64,000 nucleotides of DNA. Origin: Eubacteriales bacterium (GTDB lineage Bacteria > Bacillota > Clostridia > Oscillospirales > JAAYXM01). The stretch is from NCBI GenBank assembly GCA_045539475.1, contig JAZQFJ010000097.1, forward strand, positions 343-64,342, given 5' to 3'. How positions within the stretch are numbered: position 1 is the first letter of the stretch; every line of letters begins with the position of its first letter. Made by a program: the position numbers and the translations under genes. The notes under the pieces are model-generated. The model searched no databases. It saw only the letters and a program-made list of their open reading frames with translations, and was not told the origin of the DNA. This document shows positions 1 through 9,650 of this stretch, in pieces.

Positions 1-43
1 TTTGTTATAATATATAGCATAAAGAATAAAGGAAAACAATGAT

Positions 44-2083
44 ATGAAAAATACCAAATGGATAACGGGAAAATATGACGAAGCCACGGTTGCGCTTCTT
101 GAAGAAGCTCTCGGCGTTTCGTCACTTACGGCAAAGCTTCTTTCCGTGAGAGGAGTAACTACACCTGATGCGGCTGTTGCTTTTACGAAAAAGGATATTG
201 AGGAATTATACGACCCCTTTCTTATGTGTGATATGCAAAAGGCGGTTGACAGGATAGGCTCGGCGATTGCCGGCAATGAAAAAATCGCCGTTTACGGTGA
301 TTATGACGCGGACGGCGTTACGTCTACATACATACTTGTACATTTTCTTCGGTCTCTCGGCGCAGATGTAACCTACCACATTCCGGACAGGTTTGAGGAG
401 GGCTACGGCGTATCGCGCGGCGCGCTTGAAATGCTTGCGGAAAAGGGGGTCACTCTCGTTATAACGGTCGACACCGGAATAACCGCAATTGAAGAGTCTG
501 CATATGCAGCAGAGCTTGGCCTTGACCTTGTTATAACAGATCATCACAAGTGCGCGGAAGAACTGCCGAAAGCGTGTGCAATTGTAAATCCCAATCGTGA
601 GGACTGCACATATCCGTTCAAAACTCTTGCCGGAGTGGGCGTTGCGTTCAAGCTTATTTCGGCGATGAGCGGCGGGGTGCGGGAAATCACTGAAAAATAC
701 CTTCCGTATGTATGTATAGGTACGGTTGCGGATGTTATGCCGATTATAGATGAAAACAGAATCATTGTTTCAAACGGTCTTAAGCTCATTGATGAGCGGC
801 GCGAAGCGGGAATTTCCGCGCTTCTGGATGAGGCAGGGACAAAAAAGGATGAGCCGCTTACAGCAGGCGCAATAGGATTTCTTGTTGGACCGAGAATGAA
901 TGCCGCCGGGCGTATGGGAAGCGCAGAGCTTGCGCTTGAGCTGCTGTTTGCAGAAGGTGAAGAGGCGATGTCTTTGGCGGCGCAGCTTGGAGAAAAGAAC
1001 CGCGAGCGGCAGAAGTGTGAAAGCGATATCGTAAAAGAAGCGCTTGCGGTAATGGAAAAGAATCCGGAGTATAACAGCGGAAGCGCCATTGTTCTCTCCG
1101 GAGAAAACTGGCACCACGGAGTTCTCGGAATTGTGGCATCAAGAATTTGTAATATGTTCGGCAAGCCGACAATTCTTATTTCGGAAGAGGATGGACAGTG
1201 CCGCGGCTCGGGGCGCAGTGTAGAGGGAGTAAGCCTTCATTCCGCTCTCGGAAGATGCTCGCATCTTCTTGAAAAATTCGGTGGGCATGACCTTGCCGCA
1301 GGAGTGGTGGTAAGGCGCGAGAATATAGAAGAATTTCGCCGGCTTTTAAACGAAGAGCTGCATGAAGAAATGCGCGAGTATGTTCCGGTGCTCAATATTG
1401 ATTTTGAAGCAAATGCAAAGGAGCTTACTCTTTCCCAGCTTCACGGGCTTCGGGTCATGGAACCGTATGGGAAAGATAATGAAGCACCGAAGCTGCGCCT
1501 GAATAAATGCAGAATAACCCGTATTGTGCCGATAGGGAATAACCGCCACACAAAGCTTACGGTTGAGTGTGCGGGAAAGTTCCAGTGCGTGTTTTTCGGA
1601 CGTCGTGCAGAGGAGCTTCCGGTTTCTGAGGGCGATATGGCAGATATCGTGTTCACGCCGGAGATAAACAATTTCATCGGTGAAAGCGTTCAGCTTCACG
1701 TAAAGGATTTAAGACCTGTCCAGGCGGATATTTCAGAGTTTGAGCTTGCGTTTGAATGTTTGAGAGCAGCAGAAGAGGGCAGAAAGAAAGCTGAGGGCGA
1801 GGTAAGCTATGAGGAGCTTGGCAAAATATGGAGAATGATAACCCGTGCGGACTTTGTTACCGATGCGCCTTTGCTTGCGGTAAAGCGCCACGCTTTTGCC
1901 GTAACGCGGACCATAACGCTTCCGAAGCTGCTTGTTGCCATGCAGATATTCTCAGAGGTTGACCTGATGAGCTATGAAATCAGCAATTACAGGGTACGTA
2001 TAAAAATAGCAGAGCATAATAATAAAGTAGACCTTAATGATTCAAAGACTTATAAACTATTTAAAAGTTGTGGGAGTAGATGA
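44..2083 (+). CDS. recJ: Single-stranded-DNA-specific exonuclease RecJ
   Basis: DHH-family motifs YGDYDADG, ITVDTG, TDHH, GTVAD, RMNAAGR, GGHDLAAG; upstream of relA. Confidence 0.95.
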   Translation: MKNTKWITGKYDEATVALLEEALGVSSLTAKLLSVRGVTTPDAAVAFTKKDIEELYDPFLMCDMQKAVDRIGSAIAGNEKIAVYGDYDADGVTSTYILVHFLRSLGADVTYHIPDRFEEGYGVSRGALEMLAEKGVTLVITVDTGITAIEESAYAAELGLDLVITDHHKCAEELPKACAIVNPNREDCTYPFKTLAGVGVAFKLISAMSGGVREITEKYLPYVCIGTVADVMPIIDENRIIVSNGLKLIDERREAGISALLDEAGTKKDEPLTAGAIGFLVGPRMNAAGRMGSAELALELLFAEGEEAMSLAAQLGEKNRERQKCESDIVKEALAVMEKNPEYNSGSAIVLSGENWHHGVLGIVASRICNMFGKPTILISEEDGQCRGSGRSVEGVSLHSALGRCSHLLEKFGGHDLAAGVVVRRENIEEFRRLLNEELHEEMREYVPVLNIDFEANAKELTLSQLHGLRVMEPYGKDNEAPKLRLNKCRITRIVPIGNNRHTKLTVECAGKFQCVFFGRRAEELPVSEGDMADIVFTPEINNFIGESVQLHVKDLRPVQADISEFELAFECLRAAEEGRKKAEGEVSYEELGKIWRMITRADFVTDAPLLAVKRHAFAVTRTITLPKLLVAMQIFSEVDLMSYEISNYRVRIKIAEHNNKVDLNDSKTYKLFKSCGSR

Positions 2084-2089
2084 TATCTT

Positions 2090-4267
2090 ATGATGCCCGA
2101 AGGAAAATATCATGAACTGATAAGTAAAATAAAGGGATATATGCCCCATGCGGATGAGCAGAGGATTCACGATGCATACGACCTTGCCACCGCGGCACAC
2201 GAGGGGCAGAAAAGACGCGACGGCAGTGATTATGTAACTCATCCGATTGCCGTGGCGGAAATCGTTGCGGATATGGAGCTTGACACCGATTCCGTTGTAT
2301 CTGCGCTTCTCCATGACTGTATTGAGGACACAGACTTCGGATATGACAAAATCAAATCGAAATTCGGCAAAGAGGTTGCGGATATCGTAGAGGGTGTATC
2401 AAAGCTTACCCGTATGCCATATACCAGTAAGGAAGAAGCCCAGATAGAGAACCTTCGCAAGATGTTTCTTTATATGGGTAAGGATATCCGCGTTATCCTT
2501 ATAAAAATTGCAGACCGACTTCACAATATGCGAACCATTGAGTTTCATAAGCCGGATAAACAGCGCGAAAAGGCTTTGGAAACGATGGAGGTATATGCTC
2601 CTCTCGCTCATCGTCTCGGTATGCAGAAGGTGAAGTGGGAGCTTGAAGACCGCTCTCTGCGCTGTCTTGACCCTGTGGGATACAGCGAGATTACGGAAGA
2701 GCTTGAGAAGCGAAGCGAGGAGCGCGACGAGTTTTTAAGCCACATAAAGGAGAGCCTTGTATCAAGGCTTGATGAAGCAGGAATATCCGCTACCCTGCAG
2801 AGCAGAGTTAAGCATATTTACAGCATTTACAGAAAAATGTACACCCAGCACAAAACGATTGATGAGGTTTACGATCTTTATGCGATGCGCGTAATCGTAG
2901 AGACCGTTGCTGACTGTTACAACGTGCTCGGGTTCATTCACGATATGTACCACCCTGTACCGGGACGCTTCAAGGATTATATAAGCACGCCGAAACCGAA
3001 TATGTATCAGTCGCTCCATACCACGGTTATCGGGCGCGAGGGTATTCCGTTTGAGGTGCAGATTCGCACGCGTGATATGCACCAGACGGCGGAGTACGGC
3101 ATCGCCGCGCACTGGAAATACAAATCCGGTGTCGGCAAGACAAATCTTGAGGAGAAGCTTGCGTGGGTGCGCCAGCTTCTTGAAAATCAGGAGGTTGAGG
3201 ATGAAGATTTTGTCTCATCGCTCAAAACCGATATGTTCAGCGATGAGGTATATGTCTTTACGCCGAACGGCGACGTTATAAGCCTCCCGGCCGGTTCAAC
3301 GCCGATAGATTTTGCGTATTCCATCCATTCCGCTGTCGGAAACAGAATGGTTGGTGCAAAGGTCAATAACCGTATGGTTCAGCTTGATTATAAGCTCCAG
3401 AACGGTGAAATTGTAGAGGTTCTTACATCAAATGCAGGCAAGGGACCAAGCCGCGACTGGATTAAAATTGTAAAAACAGGTGAAGCGCGTAATAAAATAA
3501 AGCAGTGGTTCAAGAAAGAGTGCCGTGAAGAAAACATTCTCCGCGGACGCACGGAGCTTGAACGGGAGCTTCGCCGCGAAGAAATTAATTTTGCGGACGA
3601 AGAGGTTGTCGCTGCAATTGCGACCGTTTCGGGCAGAATGTCATTCTCAAAGGTTGATGAGCTTTTTGCGAGCATCGGATACGGAGGAACGAAGATTTCC
3701 CGCGTTGTAAACCGTGTTAAGTCAGAGCTTGCGAGAAATGCGCCGCCACCGGAGAATGCGGATGAAGCGGTAAGAGAGAAGATTGCGGCATCTCCGAAGC
3801 CGAAAACTTCAAATTCCGGCGTTATTGTTCCGGGAGTTGAAAATTGCCTTGTAAAGTTTGCGCGCTGTTGTACGCCGATTCCGGGTGACAGCATTATCGG
3901 CTTTATAACGCGCGGATACGGTGTTTCCGTTCACCGTTCTGACTGTCAGAACGTTGTTAACGCAATGAGGGATGCAAACGACTTAACGCGCTGGATTGCG
4001 GTTTCGTGGGCAGATGATATCAAGGATAAGTTCCAGACCTCTCTGCAGATATCTGCAAAAGACCGCAACGGCCTTGTTATGGATATTGCGGCGGTTTTGA
4101 ACAACATAAAAATTCCTGTGCATCAGCTTGATGCACGCCGTCTTGGTGACGGATATGCAGTTATCAATATAGTAATGAACACCAACGGCAAAGAACAGCT
4201 TGAATTTGTGATGAACAAGCTTCATAGCGTAACAGGCGTGATAGATGTAAAGCGTTCGATAAGCTAA
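2090..4267 (+). CDS. relA: Bifunctional (p)ppGpp synthetase/hydrolase RelA/SpoT
   Basis: HD domain (LLHD, KIADRLHNMRT), synthetase (RVKHIYSIY, YQSLHT, EVQIRT), TGS and C-terminal ACT domains. Confidence 0.97.
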   Translation: MMPEGKYHELISKIKGYMPHADEQRIHDAYDLATAAHEGQKRRDGSDYVTHPIAVAEIVADMELDTDSVVSALLHDCIEDTDFGYDKIKSKFGKEVADIVEGVSKLTRMPYTSKEEAQIENLRKMFLYMGKDIRVILIKIADRLHNMRTIEFHKPDKQREKALETMEVYAPLAHRLGMQKVKWELEDRSLRCLDPVGYSEITEELEKRSEERDEFLSHIKESLVSRLDEAGISATLQSRVKHIYSIYRKMYTQHKTIDEVYDLYAMRVIVETVADCYNVLGFIHDMYHPVPGRFKDYISTPKPNMYQSLHTTVIGREGIPFEVQIRTRDMHQTAEYGIAAHWKYKSGVGKTNLEEKLAWVRQLLENQEVEDEDFVSSLKTDMFSDEVYVFTPNGDVISLPAGSTPIDFAYSIHSAVGNRMVGAKVNNRMVQLDYKLQNGEIVEVLTSNAGKGPSRDWIKIVKTGEARNKIKQWFKKECREENILRGRTELERELRREEINFADEEVVAAIATVSGRMSFSKVDELFASIGYGGTKISRVVNRVKSELARNAPPPENADEAVREKIAASPKPKTSNSGVIVPGVENCLVKFARCCTPIPGDSIIGFITRGYGVSVHRSDCQNVVNAMRDANDLTRWIAVSWADDIKDKFQTSLQISAKDRNGLVMDIAAVLNNIKIPVHQLDARRLGDGYAVINIVMNTNGKEQLEFVMNKLHSVTGVIDVKRSIS

Positions 4268-4303
4268 GTCGGGAAAAGACAAACTTTCGAGGAGGAAAAG
4301 AAA

Positions 4304-4771
4304 GTGAGAGCAGTAATTACACGCGTGAAATCGGCAGAGGTAAAGATAGACGGAAGAACTCATTCAAAAATAGCAAACGGGCTTCTTATTCTTCTCGGTG
4401 TATCAACCTCCGATTCTACGGCGGATGCAGAGTATCTTGCAAAAAAGATATCACAGATGCGTATATTTGAGGATTCCGAGGAAAAACTCAATCTCTCATG
4501 CTCGCAGGTAAACGGATCAATGATGGTCGTGTCAAACTTCACGTTGTATGCAAATACTCAGAAGGGAAACCGTCCGAGCTTTGTCAATGCAGCGCGTCCG
4601 GAGCTTGCGCGTCCGCTTTATGAGTATTTCGTTGCTCTGCTTCGCGATGCGGGGTATAAGACGGAAACAGGTGTGTTTGGTGCGTATATGGAGCTTGAAT
4701 CAGTGAATGACGGACCGGTTACCGTGGTAATGGATACAGAGGATGTGTTCGGAAAGGTTGAGAAGAAATGA
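4304..4771 (+). CDS. dtd: D-aminoacyl-tRNA deacylase
   Basis: MRAVITRV, SNFTL, GNRPSF, NDGPVT motifs; conserved relA-dtd order; GAGGAGG RBS. Confidence 0.95.
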   Translation: MRAVITRVKSAEVKIDGRTHSKIANGLLILLGVSTSDSTADAEYLAKKISQMRIFEDSEEKLNLSCSQVNGSMMVVSNFTLYANTQKGNRPSFVNAARPELARPLYEYFVALLRDAGYKTETGVFGAYMELESVNDGPVTVVMDTEDVFGKVEKK

Positions 4772-5397
4772 ACATAAAAACAATCCCTGTCGGATATCTC
4801 GGCACAAACTGTTATCTTGTGCACGACGGGCACGATGCGGTGGTTATTGACCCGGGAGAGGATGCGGAAAAAATTCTTGCCGCGGCAGATGAAGCCGGAG
4901 TAGAGATAAAATGTATTTTTCTTACCCACGCGCATTTTGACCACGTGCTTGCCGTTTCGGATATACAGAAGAAGACCGGGGCTGTGCTTGTGGCAAATAC
5001 CGGAGAAAAGCAAAGATTGTGTGACGCACGCCTTTCCGGCGGCGGAGCTTTTGGTGAGCAGAAGTTTATCCCGCTTTATGCGGATGTGGAAATAGATGAG
5101 CGCGGTGCACTTGATGTCGGGAAAATGCGTTTTGAATTTATCAGAACCCCGGGACACACTGAAGGCAGTATGTGCATAATATGTGATAATGTTATGTTCT
5201 CCGGTGACACGCTCTTTGCCGGAACCTGCGGAAGATGCGATCTTCCCGGAGGAGATTATGAAGAAATGCTCACTTCCCTGAAGCTGCTTTACGAGCTTCC
5301 GGGGGATATGCGTGTACTTCCCGGACATGAAAGAGAAACAATGCTCTCACACGAGCGTGTGTATAATCCCTATATGGCAGAGGCGATGAGACGTTGA
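4768..5397 (+). CDS. MBL-fold metallo-hydrolase (glyoxalase II-like)
   Basis: THAHFDH, PGHT, SGDTLF, LPGH motifs; typical relA-dtd-MBL-hemZ order. Confidence 0.9.
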   Translation: MNIKTIPVGYLGTNCYLVHDGHDAVVIDPGEDAEKILAAADEAGVEIKCIFLTHAHFDHVLAVSDIQKKTGAVLVANTGEKQRLCDARLSGGGAFGEQKFIPLYADVEIDERGALDVGKMRFEFIRTPGHTEGSMCIICDNVMFSGDTLFAGTCGRCDLPGGDYEEMLTSLKLLYELPGDMRVLPGHERETMLSHERVYNPYMAEAMRR

Positions 5398-6866
5398 AGG
5401 TATATTTAGACGGGCATGATTTTGAGTTTGCCGTGCAACAGATATATATGTGTATGTTTCCGAACTCCCATGCAGAATTTGCGGACGTGTGCCCGTGTTG
5501 CGGTGATTTCATTAAATCGTCGCTATCAATTCTTGAAAATACGGCATTTTCCGAAACACAGATACGCATCGGAGAAAAGAAGAGTGTAGGAAAAGCGGAG
5601 TTTTCTCTTGAAGAAGAGCATGATGCGGAAGAGATAAAGCGAATAAAGAAGCGCGCCATTAAGACCTCGTTTTACAGGGCGAGTCTTGCTTTCCTTCCAA
5701 AAGCGCCTGTGTGGGGTGCGCTTACGGGCGTACGCCCGTCAAAGGTTGCGGCAAAGTATATAAATCTCGGAAAATCCGTTCCGGAAACGGCAGAGCTTAT
5801 GCGGGAGGATTATTTTGTATCAAATGACCGTGCGCTTCTTGCGGCAAAGTGTGCCGCGCGTGCGGAACGGATGGCAGAAAACACCGGAAAGAGAGATATG
5901 TCGCTCTATGCGGGAATACCGTTTTGTGCATCACGGTGCAGATACTGTTCATTTGTAAGTCATTCCATAGAAAAAGCAAAGCATCTTGTGTTGCCGTATC
6001 TCGGAATGTTGAAAAAGGAACTGGATGGGATTTCCGGGGCTTGCAGAGAAGCAGAACTGAATCTCCGTTCAATATATATCGGCGGAGGAACGCCGACTGC
6101 ACTTTCAAATGAAGAGCTTTCTTTTGTTCTTGATTGTATATCCCAAAATTTTGATATAAGAAATATTGATGAATATACCGTAGAGGGCGGACGGCCGGAC
6201 ACACTCAGTATTGAAAAAATACGGACGATTGCGGCATCCGGTGCAACGCGAATAAGTGTGAATCCTCAGACGATGAATGACGGTATTCTCAGGCAAATGG
6301 ACAGACGGCATACAGCCGCAGATGTAGTGCGGGCAATTTCGGATGTCAGGCGCGTGGGCGGCCTTGCGATAAACACAGACCTTATTGCAGGACTTCCGAA
6401 TGACAGCTTTGAAAGCTTTAAACTTTCTGTTGACTCACTTATTGCACTCCGGCCGGAGAACATAACCGTTCATACGCTTGCGGTAAAAAAAGGCTCAGAG
6501 CTGCATCGTGAAAACTATATGTTGCCCGATGGTGACGAAACTGCGCGGATGGTGGAGTATGCAATGCAGGCGCTGGGAGATGCAGGTTACAATCCGTATT
6601 ATCTGTACCGTCAGAAATATATGTCCGGAAATCTCGAAAACGTCGGATATTCCTTGCCGGGATATGAGAGTGATTACAATAATTATATAATGGATGAGCT
6701 CCATACAATTATTTCTGCGGGAGCGGGCGGAGTGACAAAGCTTATCGACCGCGAAAACGCAAGGGTTGAGAGAATATTTAATCCCAAATACCCATATGAA
6801 TACAATAATGCAGACGAAAAAATTGCCGCAACAAGGCAAAGAATAATTGAATTCTTTAATGAATAG
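5394..6866 (+). CDS. hemZ: HemZ-family radical SAM protein (coproporphyrinogen dehydrogenase-like)
   Basis: CxxxCxxC (FCASRCRYC), GGGTP, WGALTGVRP, PYYLYRQK. Confidence 0.9.
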   Translation: MKVYLDGHDFEFAVQQIYMCMFPNSHAEFADVCPCCGDFIKSSLSILENTAFSETQIRIGEKKSVGKAEFSLEEEHDAEEIKRIKKRAIKTSFYRASLAFLPKAPVWGALTGVRPSKVAAKYINLGKSVPETAELMREDYFVSNDRALLAAKCAARAERMAENTGKRDMSLYAGIPFCASRCRYCSFVSHSIEKAKHLVLPYLGMLKKELDGISGACREAELNLRSIYIGGGTPTALSNEELSFVLDCISQNFDIRNIDEYTVEGGRPDTLSIEKIRTIAASGATRISVNPQTMNDGILRQMDRRHTAADVVRAISDVRRVGGLAINTDLIAGLPNDSFESFKLSVDSLIALRPENITVHTLAVKKGSELHRENYMLPDGDETARMVEYAMQALGDAGYNPYYLYRQKYMSGNLENVGYSLPGYESDYNNYIMDELHTIISAGAGGVTKLIDRENARVERIFNPKYPYEYNNADEKIAATRQRIIEFFNE

Positions 6867-6873
6867 GAGGTGC

Positions 6874-7815
6874 GTGAGGGTGGCACTTGATGTGAGAGAG
6901 ATAAACGCGAGAATAAAAAGCGATCCGGTAGCTTTCGTTTCGGAATGTGAGGAAAGCTACGGTAAAAACGTAAAAGCGGCGGCTAAAAAGATTGCCGATA
7001 AGGTTTCGGACAATTGCGTTGTTCTTCTTTCGGGGCCGTCAGGTTCAGGAAAGACCACTACCGCAATGAAGCTTGAGCGGGAACTTGAGTCACTTGGTGT
7101 AGGCACTGCGCTGATATCGCTGGATGATTATTTCAGGACGGTAAAGGCTGAGACGGCACCGCGGGATGAAAAAGGGGATATTGACTATGAATCGCCGCTG
7201 TGCCTTGATCTTCCTCTTCTGAATGACCACATAAAGAATATAATAGCGGGACACGAAATCCTTGTTCCGAAGTTTGATTTTGCAAATCAGTGCCGCGCGG
7301 AAGTGGCGGTACCGCTTAGCCTTAAAAAGAACGAGGTTGTAATTTTTGAGGGCATCCACGCGCTTAACGACGCCATAACCGGTGCGGCGGGAGAGCATGG
7401 GCTTAAGCTTTATATCTCTGCAAGAAGCAACTTTATGAAGGATGGAAGTGTTTTTTATAAAGGAACGTGGACTCGCTTAACCCGAAGAATTGTCCGGGAC
7501 GACCTTTTCCGCGGTGCAAACTCTGATTTCACGCTTTCTATATGGGACGGAATTCGCCGCGGTGAAAAAATGTATATCTCTCCGTTCAAGGACAGAGCAG
7601 ATGTCATCATTAATTCCACGCACGACTATGAAATAACGGTGCTAAAAAAACACTTGCAAAAAGCAGTAAAATCAGTACCTGCGGGTATTGCAAGATATGA
7701 TGAGGTAATGCGTATGCTTGATAATCTGAACGGATTTGATGATCTTGATGATAAGTTTGTGCCAGGAGACTCACTTCTGCGCGAATTTATCGGCGGAGGA
7801 AGCTTTGAGTATTGA
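6874..7815 (+). CDS. Uridine/nucleoside kinase-family P-loop protein
   Basis: GPSGSGKTT Walker A, SLDDYF, EGIHALN, LLREFIGG; GTG start chosen after AGGAGG. Confidence 0.8.
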   Translation: MRVALDVREINARIKSDPVAFVSECEESYGKNVKAAAKKIADKVSDNCVVLLSGPSGSGKTTTAMKLERELESLGVGTALISLDDYFRTVKAETAPRDEKGDIDYESPLCLDLPLLNDHIKNIIAGHEILVPKFDFANQCRAEVAVPLSLKKNEVVIFEGIHALNDAITGAAGEHGLKLYISARSNFMKDGSVFYKGTWTRLTRRIVRDDLFRGANSDFTLSIWDGIRRGEKMYISPFKDRADVIINSTHDYEITVLKKHLQKAVKSVPAGIARYDEVMRMLDNLNGFDDLDDKFVPGDSLLREFIGGGSFEY

Positions 7816-7873
7816 TTTTAGGCGCAAACGGTAGTATACTGAGAATATAAATAAATTTTGGGGAGGTTATCTT

Positions 7874-8269
7874 ATGAACGAGAAAATGAAAGCTATATGG
7901 GAGAAAATATGTGCAGGGGCATCTCGCGCCGGAGAGTTTGCAACAAAAACTGCGGAAAATGCCGGCGAAAAAGCGAAAGATGTTGTAAATTCTTCAAAAA
8001 TAAATCTCAAGATTTTTGATCTCACAACTGATATTGACATTCTTTACAAAGAAGTGGGCAAGCTCATCTATGCAGCGCATACAAATGAGGAGTCCTCGAC
8101 AGAAGAGCTTGAGGCGCGTCTGCTTGCGATTGATGAGAAAATGCGCGAGATTGAGGATCTTAAGGCTTGCCTTGAGAACCGCAAGAGCGAAAAAGAATGT
8201 GAAGCCTGCGGGAAAAAGAATGAGCCTGACAGCGTGTATTGCTCCAATTGCGGCGAAAAGCTTGATTAA
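7874..8269 (+). CDS. Coiled-coil protein with C-terminal zinc ribbon
   Basis: CxxC...CxxC (CEAC, CSNC) at C-terminus; GGGAGG RBS. Confidence 0.8.
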   Translation: MNEKMKAIWEKICAGASRAGEFATKTAENAGEKAKDVVNSSKINLKIFDLTTDIDILYKEVGKLIYAAHTNEESSTEELEARLLAIDEKMREIEDLKACLENRKSEKECEACGKKNEPDSVYCSNCGEKLD

Positions 8270-8278
8270 TCTTATGCG

Positions 8279-8300
8279 GCGGTGTGCAACAGCACACCGC
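8279..8300 (+). terminator. Hairpin after zinc-ribbon gene
   Basis: gcggtgtgc-aaca-gcacaccgc 9-bp stem, no clear U-tract. Confidence 0.4.
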
Positions 8301-8307
8301 TATGTGA

Positions 8308-9597
8308 ATGACAGAGGAAAATATTATGGATATTCTTTTTAAAAATGCAACGGTAATTACCATGGATGATGCCCGCCCCGTTCTTGAAGATGCGTTTGTT
8401 GGGATAAAAGGGAGAAAAATAGAGTATGTAGGAAATACAGAGCCTGAAGGTGAGATAAAGCGTGTGATTGATGCACGCGGAAAGGTACTCATGCCGGGAA
8501 TTATCAATACGCACACTCATGTTCCGATGACGCTGTTCCGCGGGCTCTCGGATGACTGTGAGCTTGACGTGTGGCTGCGTGAGCACATCTGGCCTGCTGA
8601 GGACAAGCTTACCTCGGAATCCGTGCGCGCAGGAACAGAGCTTGCCGTTGCCGAGATGATAGCTTCGGGAACAACCTCTTTTTCCGACAGCTATTTCTTT
8701 GTTGACGCCATTGCAGATGTTGCGCTTTCATCAGGGATTCGTGCAAATCTCTCGCGCTCAATTGTAGGTGACGGAGAAAATTTTGATGCCATGCCGTCAG
8801 TTTCGGAGGCAAAAGAGCTTTTTTCGCGCATTCATATGGCAGATGGAGGAAGGCTTCGTGCCGATGCATCCATCCACGCGGAATACACATCGGAAACAAA
8901 ATGCAGGCAAAGAGTTGCGGAAATGGCGCGTGAAAGAGGGCAAATTCTGCAGATTCACACCTCCGAAAGCAGATCCGAACACGAGAACTGCATCGCGAAA
9001 TACGGAAAGACGCCTACCGAACAATTCCTTGCAGAAGGGCTCTTTGAAGGCACACGTCCGCTTCTCGCCCACTGCTGTTATATAACGGAAAACGATATGG
9101 AAATAATAAAAAGTGCCGGCGGTAGTGTGGCGCATTGCCCTGTAAGCAACTTGAAGCTTGCTTCAGGAATTGCGCCGGTACCTGCGATGCTTGCAAAGGG
9201 CGTGAACATAGGTCTTGCAACAGACGGTGTTGCAAGCAATAACAACACTGATATGTTTGAAGAGATAAAGCTTGCGGCTATATTGCATAAGGGAATAAGT
9301 GAAAATCCAACAGCGGTAAATGCGTATACCGCATTGCAGATGGCAACAGTAAACGGGGCCATTGCACAGGGAAGAAATGATTGCGGAAGAATAAAGGAAG
9401 GCTTTGATGCCGATGTGATTATGCTCGACTTTGACCGTCCACATCTTATTCCGTGTCACAATGTGGTATCAAACGCCGTATATGCCGCGCGCGGAAGCGA
9501 TGTCGTGATGACGATGGTTGCGGGAAAGGTGCTCTATGAGAACGGAGTGTTCACAACTATAGACATAGAGCGCGCAAAAGCGTCTGTTAAGTCATAA
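8308..9597 (+). CDS. Amidohydrolase, MTA/SAH deaminase (MtaD)-like
   Basis: PGIINTHTH, HTSE, HCPVSNLKLASG, ATDG motifs; true start may be ATG 8326. Confidence 0.85.
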   Translation: MTEENIMDILFKNATVITMDDARPVLEDAFVGIKGRKIEYVGNTEPEGEIKRVIDARGKVLMPGIINTHTHVPMTLFRGLSDDCELDVWLREHIWPAEDKLTSESVRAGTELAVAEMIASGTTSFSDSYFFVDAIADVALSSGIRANLSRSIVGDGENFDAMPSVSEAKELFSRIHMADGGRLRADASIHAEYTSETKCRQRVAEMARERGQILQIHTSESRSEHENCIAKYGKTPTEQFLAEGLFEGTRPLLAHCCYITENDMEIIKSAGGSVAHCPVSNLKLASGIAPVPAMLAKGVNIGLATDGVASNNNTDMFEEIKLAAILHKGISENPTAVNAYTALQMATVNGAIAQGRNDCGRIKEGFDADVIMLDFDRPHLIPCHNVVSNAVYAARGSDVVMTMVAGKVLYENGVFTTIDIERAKASVKS

Positions 9598-9650
9598 AAA
9601 ATAAGAAATATACATAAATTCACATATAAGACAAAAAGGTGTGGATTTGT

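Noticed and set aside
9591-9620. SigE-type promoters before yabM, yabP and the symporter
   Set aside because: Plausible ATA...CATA patterns, but too degenerate to support by eye
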